In this document: positions 1-9,203 of the stretch, piece by piece
Position numbering within the stretch: position 1 is the first letter of the stretch
How the letters are laid out: each line of letters begins with the position of its first letter
Assembly (NCBI GenBank): GCA_048939995.1
Contig: JBHLOY010000009.1
Span: 100,854-164,853 of the forward strand
From: Promethearchaeota archaeon
GTDB taxonomy: Archaea > Asgardarchaeota > Lokiarchaeia > Sigyniarchaeales > SOKP01
Reading direction: 5' to 3'
Length of the DNA stretch: 64,000 nt
Program-made: the position numbers and the translations under genes
The notes under the pieces: model-generated
Told to the model about the DNA's origin: nothing
Databases searched by the model: none
What the model saw: only the letters and a program-made list of their open reading frames with translations

Positions 1-523
1 TTATGGTATACTGAACCCATTCCATCGCTGTTTCTAAATCATCTAAGTTTTCTGGCTTCATGCCGATAATCATTCTGGTCATTGGCATTTCTACAGCAAT
101 ATTGTTTCCCATATTAATTGGCACGTTCCCATACTTCTCCTTAAGCCAGTGTAAGAGATGACCTCCATGTGCGCTATGACATGCTGCTCCGATACAACAC
201 GCAATCTCAACAATTCTTGCTTGCTGAGTTTCCATATTGATACCACAAGCACCAGTTCTGCCTTTAGAAAGATTACACTTCCCAAAAGTGCATAAACAGC
301 ACATATCGCAGATTGGCATATAGAACGGTTTATATCTTTCCATTAACTTAAAAAACCAGTTTCTTAACGTAGGGATTGTAGGTTTAGGCGTAGGTCCCAT
401 AGGTTCCCATTCGGTTTCATCGCCTTCACTAATAACTCTCCCTGCAGTCAACTCAAAACCCTTGATTGTCCCAAGAGGGCCTTTATAGGAGTCAATTTTT
501 AATTTTGCGCCTTTTTTACTCAT
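1..523 (-). CDS. cdhA: CO dehydrogenase/acetyl-CoA synthase complex alpha subunit, 5' part (runs off the window edge)
   Basis: Absent from the ORF track. Manual translation from ATG at 523: MSKKGAKLKID...WEPMGPTPKPTIPTLRNW...RYKPFYMPICDMCCLCTFGKCNLSKGRTGACGI...QQARIVEIACCIGAACHSAHGGHLL, the characteristic archaeal CdhA N-terminus with Fe-S Cys ligands. Confidence 0.95.
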   Translation of the reverse strand, partial: MSKKGAKLKIDSYKGPLGTIKGFELTAGRVISEGDETEWEPMGPTPKPTIPTLRNWFFKLMERYKPFYMPICDMCCLCTFGKCNLSKGRTGACGINMETQQARIVEIACCIGAACHSAHGGHLLHWLKEKYGNVPINMGNNIAVEMPMTRMIIGMKPENLDDLETAMEWVQYTI

Positions 524-628
524 TTTAATCCTTAATTTGGTTTTTTTAATATTTTTTAATTATGGTTTGATCAATATTTAATATTATTTTAAAATTGACA
601 TTCTATGGTTTAGATAAATTCCAAGTTA

Positions 629-665
629 TAAAGATTAATGATTATAGGTTAAAACTTAATCTTTA
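629..665. promoter_or_regulatory. Perfect 10-bp inverted repeat upstream of cdhA, candidate operator
   Basis: TAAAGATTAA (629-638), 17-bp spacer, TTAATCTTTA (656-665), about 105-140 bp upstream of the cdhA start. AT-rich, so chance occurrence is possible. Confidence 0.25.
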
Positions 666-775
666 AGTATATTTATAATAAGTTAGTGTGAAATTTCATT
701 TCAAAATGGAATTTGATGGATATAATGCCTAAACATAATTATAAATGAAGACCTTTCATGTAGGTAATAGAGATT

Positions 776-1529
776 TCATGATACTTTCTTTTTAGAAGCA
801 TTTTTAGTTCTAATCTTTTTTACTATTAGATAACTTGCAGCACTCATAATTGTCTTTAAAGAGGCTTTCATACCTAAATGCTTGTAAATCATCTTAAGTA
901 ATAGCCCCAGTAAGGGAATCATCAATAATACAGGAATCCAAATAGTTATTACTGATAATTGTCGTACAAAAAGAAAATACAATAAATTATGGACAATATA
1001 TATTGAGAAGGAATAATACGCCAAAAAGATTGGGTTGCCCCTTATATGGAATTAACCACCATAGGAAAAATTGATTAGTAATGAGTAAAACAATACTTAT
1101 AACTAACCTAACAACTCGTGAGAATTTCAATATTGGATATGAGATTAAAAGTGATATAGAAAGGGTCTGTAAAATTAACCATGCCCAAATAAATGTAGGA
1201 TCTTTTAATCTTATAGCAACAGTAAGATTATAGATTAATGCGACTAGTAAAAGTAATAAGGCTCTAACAAGGTAGTTATCTTTTATGTCTCTCATAGAAA
1301 GGTCATCTGACTTTTTGGTTTTTAAAGAATTTTTTTAAAAAGATAATCCAGTACTTATTCCAGATATAAACACAAATCCTACAGCTCCGATGGGCCCTAA
1401 TAATGGCTTTAAAAAGTTATTAAATAACCATTAATCTTCGACTTTTAACCACCAATCAAAGAGGTGACCATAAACCATTATGAACATGCAGATGCCGCGA
1501 AAAATATCAATACTTTTAAGTCGCCTCAT
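776..1529 (-). pseudogene. Disrupted DUF1624/heparan-alpha-glucosaminide N-acetyltransferase-like membrane protein
   Basis: ATG at 1529 gives MRRLKSIDIFRGICMFIMVYGHLFDWW (R-L-x-S-x-D-x-F-R-G family signature). In-frame TAA at 1431-1433; the same frame continues (GFVFISG...) into ORF 987-1295, then shifts frame into the hydrophobic C-terminal fragment 776-1024 (YYSFSIYIVHNLLY). Confidence 0.75.
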
Positions 1530-1618
1530 TGTTGAAGCATTATTCATTTAAATCATTTTAATTATACAAAGTATAGATTCTTTCATTATAGAAAGGTCTA
1601 GATGTTAGAGATTTTAAT

Positions 1619-2158
1619 TTATGTTTGAAGAGCTTTATACATTTCTATAGCTAGCTCATCAAAAATCTCATCTATGCCTTGACCGAATTTAGCACTTGCT
1701 TCAAAGTAAGCAGTAGAACTTAGAGAATTCTTAAGATTGTTCAGTTCTTCTGAAGTTACACATCTCATTTCAGGACCAATCAAATCAAGTTTGTTTCCTA
1801 CTAAGATATTAGGTTTTGATCCAATAATATTCTCAATTTCTTTCTTCCAAAATTGTAAATTTTCAAACGTATCCCGTCGTGTTAGATCAAACATATAGAC
1901 TATGCCTTTAGCCCCTTTATAGAAAGCTTGTCTTACCCATTTAAAACGTTCTTGACCAGCAAGATCCCAAATTTGGAGAGTGATAAAACTCTTTACTTGG
2001 GGTATCTGCACATATTTTACAAAAAAGTTAGATCCAATAGTAGTTTGAATATCCGGCCTAAATTCTCCTCGTATATATTGATGTAATAAGGTTGTTTTCC
2101 CTACTCCCGCGTTTCCAGCTATGATTGTCTTGTATGCTTTTAAAATCATATTTTTCAA
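1619..2158 (-). CDS. Rab-like small GTPase (Ras superfamily)
   Basis: G1 GNAGVGKT, G2 TTIG, G3 WDLAGQE, G4 NKLD, G5 EASAK. RabF-like motifs IGSNF, LQIW, RFKWV, FYKGA, YMFDLT. No C-terminal Cys prenylation tail. Confidence 0.93.
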   Translation of the reverse strand: MKNMILKAYKTIIAGNAGVGKTTLLHQYIRGEFRPDIQTTIGSNFFVKYVQIPQVKSFITLQIWDLAGQERFKWVRQAFYKGAKGIVYMFDLTRRDTFENLQFWKKEIENIIGSKPNILVGNKLDLIGPEMRCVTSEELNNLKNSLSSTAYFEASAKFGQGIDEIFDELAIEMYKALQT

Positions 2159-2235
2159 TTAATTTTAGCCTTACCTAAATTCTAATACTAATAAGACTTT
2201 ATAAATTTTCCATTGTAATAAAAAGAGGTGAATAA

Positions 2236-2832
2236 CTATAAGGAGGCTAAAAAGTCAGAAACAGCTTGCTCTGACATTTCTTCATCTACTAAATTGTTTG
2301 GAAGCTCTTCTCCAATAAGATCAAATTTATATGAGCATTTCTCTCCACCAGTAAGAATACATTCAATCTCCTTTCCTTCAACATCAATCGTTAAGACTTC
2401 AAATATTCCATTAAATATACCCAAATACAAAAGACAAAGATTTTTAGCCATAATATTTTCTTTCTCTTCAGCAGCTAATGATTCATAGACATTAATTATA
2501 ATATGATCTTTTTTAAAAGTGCCAGTTAGAGCACCATAACCCATAAGAATTAATGATTCTAATACACCTAACACAACTTCTTTTTTCACGGCAATATTTT
2601 CAGTACTCCAGTCTTTATTAGAAAAATATTTTTCCATAAGGGTTTTTCCAAGGGTTTTACCAACCCAGATAATGATATCATCAGCATTAGCTCCAGCAAA
2701 TTCTGCAAACTCTAGAATTTCATTAGGACGCAACATAACAAGGCGAATATCTTTTTTAGCCTCTCCCAAGAATAGATGTCCTTCTTTCTCTTCAATATTT
2801 ATTTGTAAATCTTTTTTTAGTCTTTTAAACAT
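2236..2832 (-). CDS. V4R-domain protein (Bet3/TRAPP-related fold)
   Basis: RLVML...GKTLG...MGYG...NLCLLYLGIFNGIF...EIECILTGGEKCSYKF matches the V4R C...E.EC...G...C.Y pattern. Confidence 0.85.
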   Translation of the reverse strand: MFKRLKKDLQINIEEKEGHLFLGEAKKDIRLVMLRPNEILEFAEFAGANADDIIIWVGKTLGKTLMEKYFSNKDWSTENIAVKKEVVLGVLESLILMGYGALTGTFKKDHIIINVYESLAAEEKENIMAKNLCLLYLGIFNGIFEVLTIDVEGKEIECILTGGEKCSYKFDLIGEELPNNLVDEEMSEQAVSDFLASL

Positions 2833-2931
2833 GGTTGATATCCATTATCTTTTTAGGGATTTATTAATTTGATATGAAGAATATACTTAATATATTAGAA
2901 ATTTAATTGTCTAGATTTATAAATTTAATGT

Positions 2932-3942
2932 TTAATTACGGGAAATTAGATTAAAAATCGTAAATAACACATCATTGATATTAAAATTTGTCTTAACTGA
3001 AGTAAATAAGAATTCCCATTCTCTGTTTTTTAAATCGCGAAAATCAAAATAATTAATTATTTCATTTCTAAGTCTTTTTAGTTGTTCTTGGTTATTATTT
3101 TTAGAATCGTTAATTAAATCTATTTTATTTCCAAGGATTAATATTGGAATCTCTGCTGTTGTTTCTTCACTTATAACCTTCCAAAATTCTTCTTTTGATT
3201 CTTTAAAACGTAGCTGATTAGCAATATCAATCATATAAACTAAAATATTAGAGTCTTGGATACCTTTTAACCATTTTTCGCGGAAAGAAATCTGTCCCGG
3301 AATATCCCAAAAAGCAAGAACATTGTTTTGTCTTTGGATATATTCAATATCGAACTTTCTTGTAGGTGTGAAGAAATTGTCATCGAATTGCCCTGTTTTC
3401 AATCTTCTTATTAATGAACTCTTTCCAACTTCATCTATTCCAGATAAAAATACTTTTGTAAATTTATTGATTGGTTGGATAATTGTTTCGGAATATTTTT
3501 CTAAAATTTCATCTCCATATCTACGTAAATCGATGAATAATGTTATTAGAAAGTTTTCTATTTCTATTTCATCTTCTAAGGAACAATAGTTCTCATTATT
3601 CAATAATTCGTGAGATAAATCTTCAAAAATTTCTTTATAATCATAAGGATTATCCTCATTGTCAAAAATTAGACCAATAATCATCTTTGAATTAATACAT
3701 ATTGAGTAAAAGTTTTTTTCTCCAAATTTCTGAAATATTGGAATACATATTAGGAAATTATTTTGTACTTTTTTAGATGATAGAGTATTTGATTTTTGGT
3801 TGCGATGATCATGACCTTGAATTAATTCATTAATTAAATTACTCTTGTAATTTCGAGTAATGTCTTCTGGATAACTATAAATATCTAATTGGTCGAGATC
3901 ATCAAAATCTTTACCCTTTATTAGAAAAATAGTGGATAACAA
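2932..3942 (-). CDS. Arf-like small GTPase fused to an N-terminal longin/uDENN-like domain
   Basis: C-terminal GTPase motifs GIDEVGKS, FTPTRKF, FWDIPGQ, FREKW, GNKID, TSVK are Arf-type. The N-terminal ~145 aa has a beta-beta-alpha-beta-beta-beta-alpha-alpha pattern (TIFLI, IYSYPE, FYSICI, IIGLIFD); the longin call is inferred. Confidence 0.8.
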   Translation of the reverse strand: MLSTIFLIKGKDFDDLDQLDIYSYPEDITRNYKSNLINELIQGHDHRNQKSNTLSSKKVQNNFLICIPIFQKFGEKNFYSICINSKMIIGLIFDNEDNPYDYKEIFEDLSHELLNNENYCSLEDEIEIENFLITLFIDLRRYGDEILEKYSETIIQPINKFTKVFLSGIDEVGKSSLIRRLKTGQFDDNFFTPTRKFDIEYIQRQNNVLAFWDIPGQISFREKWLKGIQDSNILVYMIDIANQLRFKESKEEFWKVISEETTAEIPILILGNKIDLINDSKNNNQEQLKRLRNEIINYFDFRDLKNREWEFLFTSVKTNFNINDVLFTIFNLISRN

Positions 3943-4106
3943 TAAATTTTCCTTAAAGATTTATTTGCTTAAAGATGTAAATAAAAAATTCTTAAAAAAA
4001 TTTTGGTTTTATTTTTAATTCGTTTAAATAAATGGGATTTTTGATAAATTTAGTCGGAAATATTAATGATATTAAAAATTATTAAATAAAATATATTGTA
4101 AATGAA

Positions 4107-5528
4107 CTAAATTTCTTCATTTTCTGTTTGTTCTTCATCAATTTCATCCTTTAATTCTGATTTTTCTTCACCTGAGTCAGCTTGAGAATCATTTAATGGT
4201 TGCTCTTGAAGCTCTTGTGATGGTTGCTCTTGAAGCTCTTGTGATGGTTGCTCTTGAAGCTCTTGTGATGGTTGCTCACCTACAGGATTTCCACAAATTG
4301 GACATTTGCTCCAACCAGGTCTCAAGCTATAACCACAAGAACATTCTGTTAATTCTTCATCAGGCGCCCACTCAGGGATATTTAAACCTCCTCCTCTTCT
4401 CTTCTCAGCTAAATCGTGTAATTCTTCTTCTGTCCAAACTTCCATACCCTCTGGAATTCCCGAACTTCTTTCGGCAGCGAACTTCTCTAATTCTTCTGGT
4501 GTCCAAGAGGGAATATTGGGTTGAGTTACCATCCTTTTTTGAGCTTCTTGTGCTAATTCTTCTACTGTCCATGCTTTTAGTTCAGGAGATCCCGCTTTCG
4601 TTGGTTCAACAGCACCTACTTGTTTTATTGAGGGTGCTTGGCAACTAGTAGCTGAAAACTTTAATAATGCCTCAAAACATCTTGAATATTTGCTTGAATC
4701 ATCACCCTCGTCAGTAACAATCATGATTGTTGTCTTATCAGAGGGAACCGGAAAAGCTAAGGAACCTATAGCAATATCTGATTTTATCCGACCAGATTCT
4801 AATCCAGAGTTAACCTCTTCCATGGATTCTAACAAATCATCATTTTCCATCAAATAATCACAAATTGGGTCCCCGTGTCTTTGATAATCTTCATGATATT
4901 TAGATAATTGGCTTATTACGATAGGAGATTCCATCGAATTAATAATAGCATCTACATAAGAAAAGACTTGGGATTTAGGTCCTTTTTCTAATTCATTCAC
5001 TTTATATCCATGTAAATCAAGATTACCAGTAAAAGGGGCAAATAAAGGTCTTTGATTTTTTATTTTACCATAAACTGTTGTTCTTGCAAGAAAGCATTTA
5101 ATTTCACCATAATATGCAATTGCCTTATCCAAAAAGGTTAGGCTATTATCTTCATAAATTAAACGTGGAATAGTTCGAAAAATAAGATTAACCCAGGGTA
5201 ATTCCTTTACAGGAATAATCGCTACGCAGGTCTTAAGGATAACCTCTTTAAGCTTTTTCAAATAATCTTTTAAAAGTCTCTTAATTTCTTTATACTTTAC
5301 ATTTTCTAACTCTAATTCGGCTTTTTTCATTAATTCGTTGAATTTATCTTCATTTTTTTTAATAGAACCTCCAAGGGTTTTAATTTCTCCAACGATATTA
5401 TCTTTTAGAATAAAAGTGGCATCATCAATTACTTCTTTTTGAAGATCACTAAGTTCTTCGATTAAATAATCATTAACATCAAAATTTAAACTATTAGTAA
5501 AGATTTCAAATAATTTTTCTTCTGACAA
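4107..5528 (-). CDS. Hypothetical protein with C-terminal W-T-x-E-E-L repeats, zinc ribbon and acidic low-complexity tail
   Basis: 473-aa ORF, TTG start after AGGT. Contains WTVEEL, WTPEEL, WTEEEL, WAPDEEL; CSCG...CPICG; (QPSQELQE)x3. Confidence 0.75.
   Translation of the reverse strand: MSEEKLFEIFTNSLNFDVNDYLIEELSDLQKEVIDDATFILKDNIVGEIKTLGGSIKKNEDKFNELMKKAELELENVKYKEIKRLLKDYLKKLKEVILKTCVAIIPVKELPWVNLIFRTIPRLIYEDNSLTFLDKAIAYYGEIKCFLARTTVYGKIKNQRPLFAPFTGNLDLHGYKVNELEKGPKSQVFSYVDAIINSMESPIVISQLSKYHEDYQRHGDPICDYLMENDDLLESMEEVNSGLESGRIKSDIAIGSLAFPVPSDKTTIMIVTDEGDDSSKYSRCFEALLKFSATSCQAPSIKQVGAVEPTKAGSPELKAWTVEELAQEAQKRMVTQPNIPSWTPEELEKFAAERSSGIPEGMEVWTEEELHDLAEKRRGGGLNIPEWAPDEELTECSCGYSLRPGWSKCPICGNPVGEQPSQELQEQPSQELQEQPSQELQEQPLNDSQADSGEEKSELKDEIDEEQTENEEI
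4196..4277. repeat. 24-bp perfect tandem repeat, about 3.4 copies (coding VNTR)
   Basis: ATGGTTGCTCTTGAAGCTCTTGTG at 4196, 4220 and 4244 plus a partial copy at 4268; encodes QPSQELQE repeats on the minus strand. Confidence 0.95.
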
Positions 5529-5644
5529 AATTTCTACCTTTAATGTGTTGTTTATTCTCTAATTATAAATATAGCAATTATATGTATATAAAAATTTATT
5601 GGAGATAAATTTCTATTACCAAGAAAAACAAATTATATTATATC

Positions 5645-6691
5645 ATGAAAGATTCAGTAAATATCCCATCGGAGAAAATCATTGAATTATGCTTTATTTC
5701 TGATATTCCTAAACAAGTGAAGAATTATTTTGAAATTCAATTAGAAAAAGTGGCAAATGTTAAACTAATATTTCCTAAGGATTATTCTGAGAAGAATTTA
5801 AATAAGTTGGTTTCAGAAGCAGAGATATTAATTGGTTGGCGCCCTTCTAAAACCCTTTTATATCATGCAAAGAATATGAAATTATTTATTAATCCCGGTG
5901 CAGGGATCCATCACTTAATAGAAATTTTTCGGGAAATTAACAAACAAAGGGATGTTATTTTGATAAATGGGCACGGAAACTCATATTTTGTTGCTCAACA
6001 TACAATAGCTTTACTTTTAACTTTAATGAATAAGATTATTTTCCATCATAGATGGATGAGCCAAGGGATTTGGAGAACTGGGGATAAAGAAGCAGTTTCA
6101 ATTCCATTAAGGTTTAGAAAGATAGGACTCCTAGGTTATGGAGCAATTAATCAGAAGGTGCATAAAATGCTTTCTGGATTTAATAATGAATTTTACATCC
6201 TCAGAAGGAATTGGAATAAACAAAGTATAGTTCTCCCTACTAAAATTACAAAATTTAAGCCTAATCAACTTCATGAGTTTCTAGATATAATAGACATCCT
6301 AATAATTGCTATACCAGTTACTTCCCTTACTAGAAATCTAATAAAGCAATCCGAGTTAGAACTATTAGGATCTGATGGTTTATTGGTTAATGTTTCTCGA
6401 GGTGAAGTAGTTAATGAGAGAGATCTATTTAATGCATTGAAAAATAGAAAAATAGTCGGCGCTGCTGTAGATGTATGGTATAATTATGAACCTAAAGCAG
6501 ATAAATACGGAAAGAAATACCCCTATAGCTTTCCATTTCATGAACTTGATAATATTGTTTTATCTCCTCATCGTGGTTATTCTCCATTTAATGATTTATT
6601 AAGATGGGATGAAATAATAGAAACAATTAATAAATTTGCTGAGGGAAGACGTGATTTTAAAAATATTGTAAACTTGGTTGAAGAATATTAA
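5645..6691 (+). CDS. D-isomer-specific 2-hydroxyacid dehydrogenase family protein
   Basis: GLLGYGAIN Rossmann motif, VNVSRGEVV, AAVDVW..EP, LSPHRG. Confidence 0.9.
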   Translation: MKDSVNIPSEKIIELCFISDIPKQVKNYFEIQLEKVANVKLIFPKDYSEKNLNKLVSEAEILIGWRPSKTLLYHAKNMKLFINPGAGIHHLIEIFREINKQRDVILINGHGNSYFVAQHTIALLLTLMNKIIFHHRWMSQGIWRTGDKEAVSIPLRFRKIGLLGYGAINQKVHKMLSGFNNEFYILRRNWNKQSIVLPTKITKFKPNQLHEFLDIIDILIIAIPVTSLTRNLIKQSELELLGSDGLLVNVSRGEVVNERDLFNALKNRKIVGAAVDVWYNYEPKADKYGKKYPYSFPFHELDNIVLSPHRGYSPFNDLLRWDEIIETINKFAEGRRDFKNIVNLVEEY

Positions 6692-7062
6692 AAAATTTTA
6701 TTAAAAAGATAAAGATTGGCAATTAAATAAGAAAAGGTTCTAATATTTGATCTTCTGTTTTGATCCTCTCTCTGTGTAAATCTTAGGTTTTCTTTTCGTA
6801 GAATGATTTAGGCTTCTAAATGAATAAAAGATAACTTTAAGAATTAATTTTCAAAGTAATCTTACGCTATGAGATTTGAAGCGAATTAAATTCTGTAAAG
6901 CCATACATGAAACTAAAACCAGTATAAATTTTTACTGAATAATAAATTTTGCCCAAATTCTGTCCTAATGGAAGATTTCAAGTTTCTCTTAGAAAAAAAT
7001 GGAAAACAAATTTTTTTTTCTACTTTTAAAAGCTGAATTTTTCTTTTTTCTAAATAAAGAAG

Positions 7063-7114
7063 ATTTTTTGAAAAACTTTCAAAAAATATAAAAATTTTTC
7101 AAAAATATTTTCAA
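7063..7114. promoter_or_regulatory. Palindrome plus TTTTCAA direct repeats upstream of the RHH regulator, candidate operator
   Basis: ATTTTTTGAAA-aac-TTTCAAAAAAT (7063-7087) is followed by two more TTTTCAA copies in a 637-bp non-coding gap. A BRE/TATA-like AAAAGG-TTTATATA lies near 7249-7262. Confidence 0.3.
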
Positions 7115-7328
7115 TAAATTAATTAAGTGGTTACAAAAGAGCTGATCTTTTAAGAGTTCTCAACTTCAAAAGATTTTCTTTCATTAAGTGCACGTATTCA
7201 TTAAATGAGAAAAAATTTATTTTTAAATATATATTAATAGGTTAAAAAAAAAGGTTTATATATCATCTTGAAATAAAATATTATATAAAGAAAATTCAAC
7301 AAAAATTAGAGGTTAAGGCGACTGTTAA

Positions 7329-7619
7329 ATGAAGATCGTCACAGTTAATGTACCCGAGAGTTATATTGATGCGATTAATAAATTAATCGGAGAGAATGGT
7401 CTTTATCCTTCTCGATCTGAACTTATAAGATGTGCAGTTCGAGACTTCTTATTAAAAGAACTTAAAGCAGCCAACAACATGGCTCAATTTAATAATACTA
7501 ATATAGAAGATTTTGACGACGAAAATTTCGTTCGTGTACCTTTTGAGAAATTAGATGAAAATTCTGAACCGGTACGTGAATTTAAAACATATAAAATAGT
7601 AAAGAGGTTAGAATACTAA
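7329..7619 (+). CDS. Ribbon-helix-helix (CopG/Arc/MetJ) transcriptional regulator, CdrS-like
   Basis: MKIVTVNVPESYIDAINKLIGENGLYPSRSELIRCAVRDFL is a beta strand plus two helices with the G.YPSRSE.IR.AVRD motif. Confidence 0.88.
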   Translation: MKIVTVNVPESYIDAINKLIGENGLYPSRSELIRCAVRDFLLKELKAANNMAQFNNTNIEDFDDENFVRVPFEKLDENSEPVREFKTYKIVKRLEY

Positions 7620-7897
7620 AAATTCTCTTATATTAACCAAGAAATAACCATTTTGGTTGTAAAATAAGTTTTTTTACCTTTTACTCTTTTTTTTATTTTA
7701 TTTATTAAGAGAAAAACCAACTTCTTGCTTGTTTCTCTACATAGATGTCAAGAACTCTAAAATTAAAAATTTTTAATTTTTACTTAAAAAATTAAACATT
7801 TATATAAATACATATTTAACTAAAAAGAATGGGCTATTAAATACCTTGAATAAATGTAAATTTTTATATAAAAAAGAAGGAGGTTACGGTACAAATT

Positions 7898-9157
7898 GTG
7901 AATAAAAATGGGCATAAGATGTTTCCTACTTTTATGGAATGGGGAATAATTAATAAAGAAAACTTCAAAGATATTTATGAAGTTCCTATTAAAAGATGGG
8001 ATCCATTATCTTCAATTCTATTAAGTTCAGATAACCATGGGCTTCATAGGAGGAAACAACGATATTCTGGTCACTACTCTTATATTTCTCCAATAAGAGG
8101 GAAGAGACCTAAAGGTTATAAAACTAAGGAAAAGAAAAGTGAAGCAAAAGATATCATCGAAGTTGATTTGAAAGAATTTAAAGATGTGTTTATGGCAATT
8201 ACTGAAGGAAAAGCTATTTATCGAAATGATGGTAAATTGCTTGGAGATGGTTATACTATTGTAATAACTGAAGATGGTAAAAAAAGAGATCATCCTTTTA
8301 CTGATAAGCCCCATAGGATTGATGAAATCTCAAGGAATTGTAAAGCAATAACTCTAATTAATAGATATCCCTCCATGGCGCGAGTCATTGATCCTGAAAT
8401 TAAAAATAATATAAAGCGTCAATTACCCCCTCAATTGAAATTAGCAGAAGGAATAAATCTAATAACTATCTCAAGGGATTTTTATCCGTCACTTAATTTT
8501 GAGATCATTCCAGAAGATGTTTTATCAGCTATTTTTACCTCCATGAAAGAAGCAATAATTTATTGCATTTTAGAAGCTATTGAGAAAGATTATTATGATA
8601 TTCCTGTAAATCCATTTTTTAATATTGGAACTAAAGTTGGAGGATCTCAACCTCGAATCCATAGCCAAGTATACATTGACTTAAACGGAGACGGACATGG
8701 ATCAAGATTAGAAGGATATTTACGTGCCTTTAAACAGATGGGGGATAATTGTCATCTATGTGAAACAACTCATGGAGATACTGATCGTATAATATTAAAA
8801 ACTCAGTATTGGACTTTTTATACTACTGGTAGCCCCGTAAGAAATTATCATATAAGATTTCACCCAAATGAGCATATAAGAAGATTTTCACAATTAAAAA
8901 TAAATCAAATAAATGATTTAGCTAAAATTGTAAAGTTGCTTTTTCAGGCTTTAGATGATATTAAAATTGATAAGAATCGAAATATTTTATTCAATTGCTG
9001 CCCCTATGGTTATGATGATAATTTTCATTTATTTGGTGATATAATCCCCCATGAAACTATTGGGGGGGCTGAAATGGCAGATGATATGAGAGTTGCTAGA
9101 AAATTGCCTCATATTGCCGCTAAAGAAATCAGAATTTCCTTGGAGAAATATATATAA
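7898..9157 (+). CDS. GalT/HIT-superfamily nucleotidyltransferase (sugar-1-phosphate uridylyl/adenylyltransferase or NDP-sugar phosphorylase-like)
   Basis: INRYPSM, FFNIG..VGGSQPRIHSQ (variant of GAS..HPHSQ), CHLCE, FHLFGDIIP, IGGAEM. Confidence 0.7.
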   Translation: MNKNGHKMFPTFMEWGIINKENFKDIYEVPIKRWDPLSSILLSSDNHGLHRRKQRYSGHYSYISPIRGKRPKGYKTKEKKSEAKDIIEVDLKEFKDVFMAITEGKAIYRNDGKLLGDGYTIVITEDGKKRDHPFTDKPHRIDEISRNCKAITLINRYPSMARVIDPEIKNNIKRQLPPQLKLAEGINLITISRDFYPSLNFEIIPEDVLSAIFTSMKEAIIYCILEAIEKDYYDIPVNPFFNIGTKVGGSQPRIHSQVYIDLNGDGHGSRLEGYLRAFKQMGDNCHLCETTHGDTDRIILKTQYWTFYTTGSPVRNYHIRFHPNEHIRRFSQLKINQINDLAKIVKLLFQALDDIKIDKNRNILFNCCPYGYDDNFHLFGDIIPHETIGGAEMADDMRVARKLPHIAAKEIRISLEKYI

Positions 9158-9203
9158 ATAACTAGGAAAAAAATAATATTATTAAATTTTAAATTGATAC
9201 AAA

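Noticed and set aside
91-285. 64-aa minus-strand ORF in the track
   Set aside because: It is an alternative frame inside cdhA, which the track missed because the gene runs off the window.
4196-4648. 150-aa plus-strand ORF with MVALEALV repeats; repeat considered as a CRISPR array
   Set aside because: It is the antisense shadow of the coding tandem repeat in 4107-5528. The units are contiguous with no spacers, so it is not CRISPR.
6692-7328. Long AT-rich gap as a replication origin
   Set aside because: No ORB-like repeats with G-strings and no adjacent cdc6/orc1 gene.
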